Shown here one piece after another: positions 61,112-64,000 of a DNA stretch of 64,000 bases. Position numbers and translations under genes: made by a program. The notes under the pieces were generated by a model. That model was given only the letters and a program-made list of their open reading frames with translations, ran no database searches and was not told the origin of the DNA. Each line of letters begins with the position of its first letter. Position 1 is the first letter of the stretch. This DNA comes from Dendrobates tinctorius (taxonomy: Eukaryota), in NCBI RefSeq assembly GCF_039654945.1, contig NW_027361808.1, positions 20,336,001-20,400,000 on the forward strand, written 5' to 3'.

Positions 61112-61880
61112 TTAAATGTGCTGCAGATAGATGTGATCTGAGTCTTGAGACCCTCAATAGACTGCTGACAAGCGCTCACTTCTGCAAGGTGGCAGCACTC
61201 AGCTCAGGCATGAATACTCAGACAGCGCCGTAAATGGACCCATTATTATTGAGTCTGTACACCGCTCTGTCTGTGCAATCGATCAGGAGCCAAGTGCTGC
61301 CATTTGCAGAAGTTAGCACATATGAGCAGTCTATTGAACGATAGGTGGGATTCAGGACTGAGACCCCTACCTTTCTGCCGCACGATTAAGGGGGAATAGC
61401 ATGGGGAAATTAGATGACAACCAATGAGGCTGCAATTCCTGTAGTCATTTTTTCTGGAATCACACATGCAGTCAAGCACAAAAGACAGGAGACACAGCTT
61501 TTTCTTTACACTATTCCCTTTTTGTTGGATTCTGGCTATACATGTGAGTCCAGACTTACAAAAATGCCTACAGAGAATCCCCCAAACCTTTTTCTTTTTG
61601 CCTTTTTAGGCTGAATTCTCTTTCATATCTCCAACACCATTATATCCCATACTTGCTAATAAGATAAACTGACAGATCTAATTAAAGCTGGAAACATCGG
61701 TGACATCCTTTAGACCACATGGGATGATATAGATAGTCCCTATGTTTCTAGGGTCAGTTCTGACTTTGAAACTTGAACTCAATTTCAGAAAAAAATGACC
61801 CCTCAGACATTTATTTTAGCTGGTGCTTTTTAGTTGTCCTACAATTTAAACTGCATATATTGGGCTTCCAATAGCATTAA

Positions 61881-62265
61881 AGGAAATTTGTCAGCAGGTT
61901 TTTGCTACCTCATCTGAGAGCAGAATAATGTAATAAAAGAGACCCTCAATCCAAAGATGTATCACTTAGTTTATTGGGTGCAGCAGTTGTGATACAATCA
62001 GAAATGCTCAGCGTAAACTAACCCTGCCCACACCAGCTTTTAGTGTACAGTGACAGTAAGCTGCTAACCAGTGCTGGCGGTGGAGTTGGACAGGGAAGCA
62101 TGTGAGCTGTAGTCCAGCCAGTGATAATTTCCTGCTGATAAACAGTAATAGTACTAAAACAACAGCACACAGCCCAATTACTGACACATCGTTGAAATCT
62201 GTGTTTCAGCTCCTACCTTATGCTGCACTCAGATTATATAGGAAAAATCTGCTGACAGATTTCCT
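61881..62265. mobile_element. T2/Kolobok-type MITE
   Basis: TTAA|AGGAAATTTGTCAGCAG...CTGCTGACAGATTTCCT|TTAA; related fragment at about 45638-45790. Confidence 0.85.
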
Positions 62266-62387
62266 TTAACTGGTATTGCACTGTGAAAAAACGTGATCAG
62301 TATGCTTAGTGTGGATGTTTTTATGAATATGTTTTTGTCTTTTTTGACGTTACAAGAAGTTACAAGCTGGATCGGAATGGCACTCAC

Positions 62388-62568
62388 CTCCTTCTGTTGT
62401 TTTAGCCACAATCCAGGAACTTGGCAAGGACCATCCAACTTCATTCATGCAGGAAACGGTAATGTTGTACTTAGAGAATGGATTGAGATGACTGATACCA
62501 TAAGTATAAGAAGGTACCGATATATTGTAGAGCACTGGAAAGCTGAAATTTTTTGTTACTTCCTTCAC
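62388..62568 (-). CDS. MERTK: TAM receptor kinase exon, second half of the first FN3 domain
   Basis: TTACAG| acceptor, |GTGAGT donor; 181 nt, phase 0 to 1; VKE...YNITVSCMNEVGWS..SWIVAKTTEG resembles recalled MERTK VKE...[23 protein letters not shown]; splices in frame to 60037. Confidence 0.9.
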
Positions 62569-62902
62569 CTGTAACGATACAATGTTTTACATTATGTAAA
62601 AATATGACCATAATTATTACATTTCACTTTTGTAGCTTGCCAAATCTTAAACTGTGTTCACACATACAATTTTCTACTACAAACCAAAACAAATCAGATT
62701 GTGGTGTTTGTGTCGGTAAAATTATGTTGTTATTTAAGTAAGGCTACATTCACACATACATTTTTTTTCCACGGTCAAAACACATAACCATATAGTTTCA
62801 TTGATCCATACACACATCGGTTTTAAAAACAAATCTGTGAGTCTGATCCGTGAGACTCAGATCATGTCCTATCCTCATCCATTTTTTGGCTCAATCTTGG
62901 TC

Positions 62903-63785
62903 ACTGGGCTCAGTGAGTGGCTAATGCACTGATGTCATCACACACTGAGCTCAGTGAATGGCTAGTGCAATGATGTCGTCGCACACTGAACTCAGTGACT
63001 GGCTAGTGCAGTGATGTCATCGCACACTGAACTCAGTGACTGGCTAGTGCAGTGATGTCATCGCACACTGAGCTCAGCGAGTGGCTAATGCAATGATGCC
63101 ATCGCACACTGAGCTCAGTGAGTGGCTAGTGCAATCATGTCATCACACACTGAGCTCAGTGAGTGGCTAATGCAATCATGTCATTGCGCACTGAGCTCAG
63201 TGAGTGGCTAATGCACTGATGTCATCACACACTGAGCTCAGCGAGTGGCTAATGCAATGATGTCATCACACACTGAGCTCAGTGAGTGGCTAGTGCAATC
63301 ATGTCATCACACACACTGAGCTCAGTAAATGGTTAATGTACTGATGTCATCGCACACTGAACTCAGTGACTGGCTAGTGCAGTGATGTCATCGCACACTG
63401 AGCTCAGCGAGTGGCTAATGCACTGATGTCATCACACACTGAGCTCAGTGAGTGGCTAGTGCAATCATGTCATCACACACACTGAGTTCAGTGAAAGGCT
63501 AGTGCAATGATGTCATCGCGCACTGAGCTCAGTGAGTGGCTAGTGCAATGATGTCAACACAAACTGAGCTCCTTAACTGGCTAGTGCAATCATGTCATCA
63601 CACACTGAGCTCAGTAAGTGGCTAGTGCAATCATGTCATCACACACTGAGCTCAGTAAGTGGCTAGTGCAATGATGTCATTGCGCACTGAGCTCAGTAAG
63701 TGGCTAATGCACTGATGTCATCACACACTGAGCGGCTAGTGCAATGATGTCATCGCGCATTGAGCTCAGTGACTGGCTAGAGTTG
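62903..63785. repeat. 41-bp minisatellite (~21 copies) inside a Harbinger-like element starting at about 62742
   Basis: Unit CACACTGAGCTCAGTGAGTGGCTAGTGCAATGATGTCATCA. Confidence 0.95.
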
Positions 63786-64000
63786 TGATACTTGTTGCTG
63801 ACATCACCGCTCTAGTCACAACCCCAGGAGCACAACAGCGGCTACAAGTCAGCGCTGGACCCAATAACTGCGAGTATATGATTAGTTGGTTATTTTCTTT
63901 ACTTTACCCACTTTTGGGGACCACTTTATCAAAAGTAGACACACTAAGTCTATGAGGATCTGCTAAACTTAGATAACAAATAAAAGATACTATTTACTTT

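Noticed and set aside
59889-62568. Assignment of the exons to AXL or TYRO3
   Set aside because: VKE start, VSCMNE.GWS and TTEGAPS.AP fit recalled MERTK best; a reciprocal BLAST would settle it
62903-63785. CRISPR-like appearance of regularly spaced palindromes
   Set aside because: No unique spacers, no cas genes, eukaryotic intron; it is a plain tandem repeat

Overview
Vertebrate genomic DNA, inferred to be frog (anuran) from its transposon repertoire; the species cannot be determined from the sequence. The only host gene I can support is a minus-strand TAM receptor tyrosine kinase, most likely MERTK. Two fibronectin type III exons are visible (62388-62568 and 59889-60037), and positions 1-59888 appear to be one very large intron with no next exon found. 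That intron is mostly nested transposons: an ORF-intact DD34E Tc1, a decayed DD38E Tc1 and other Tc1 relics; a full-length chromodomain Gypsy element with a PEG10-type -1 frameshift signal; a full-length Copia carrying five nested insertions; Penelope-like elements (PLEs) with hammerhead ribozyme motifs; a CR1 LINE; hAT elements; piggyBac-type elements carrying TTAGGG repeats; and several solo LTRs, MITEs and minisatellites. I found no convincing novel multi-gene system. The best leads are a chimeric two-family PLE insertion joined next to the ribozyme cleavage site, an invertebrate-type (hATm-like) transposase fragment, the intact Tc1, and a TATA-preceded small ORF carried inside a non-autonomous hAT element. 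Family names come from recalled motifs, not database searches.
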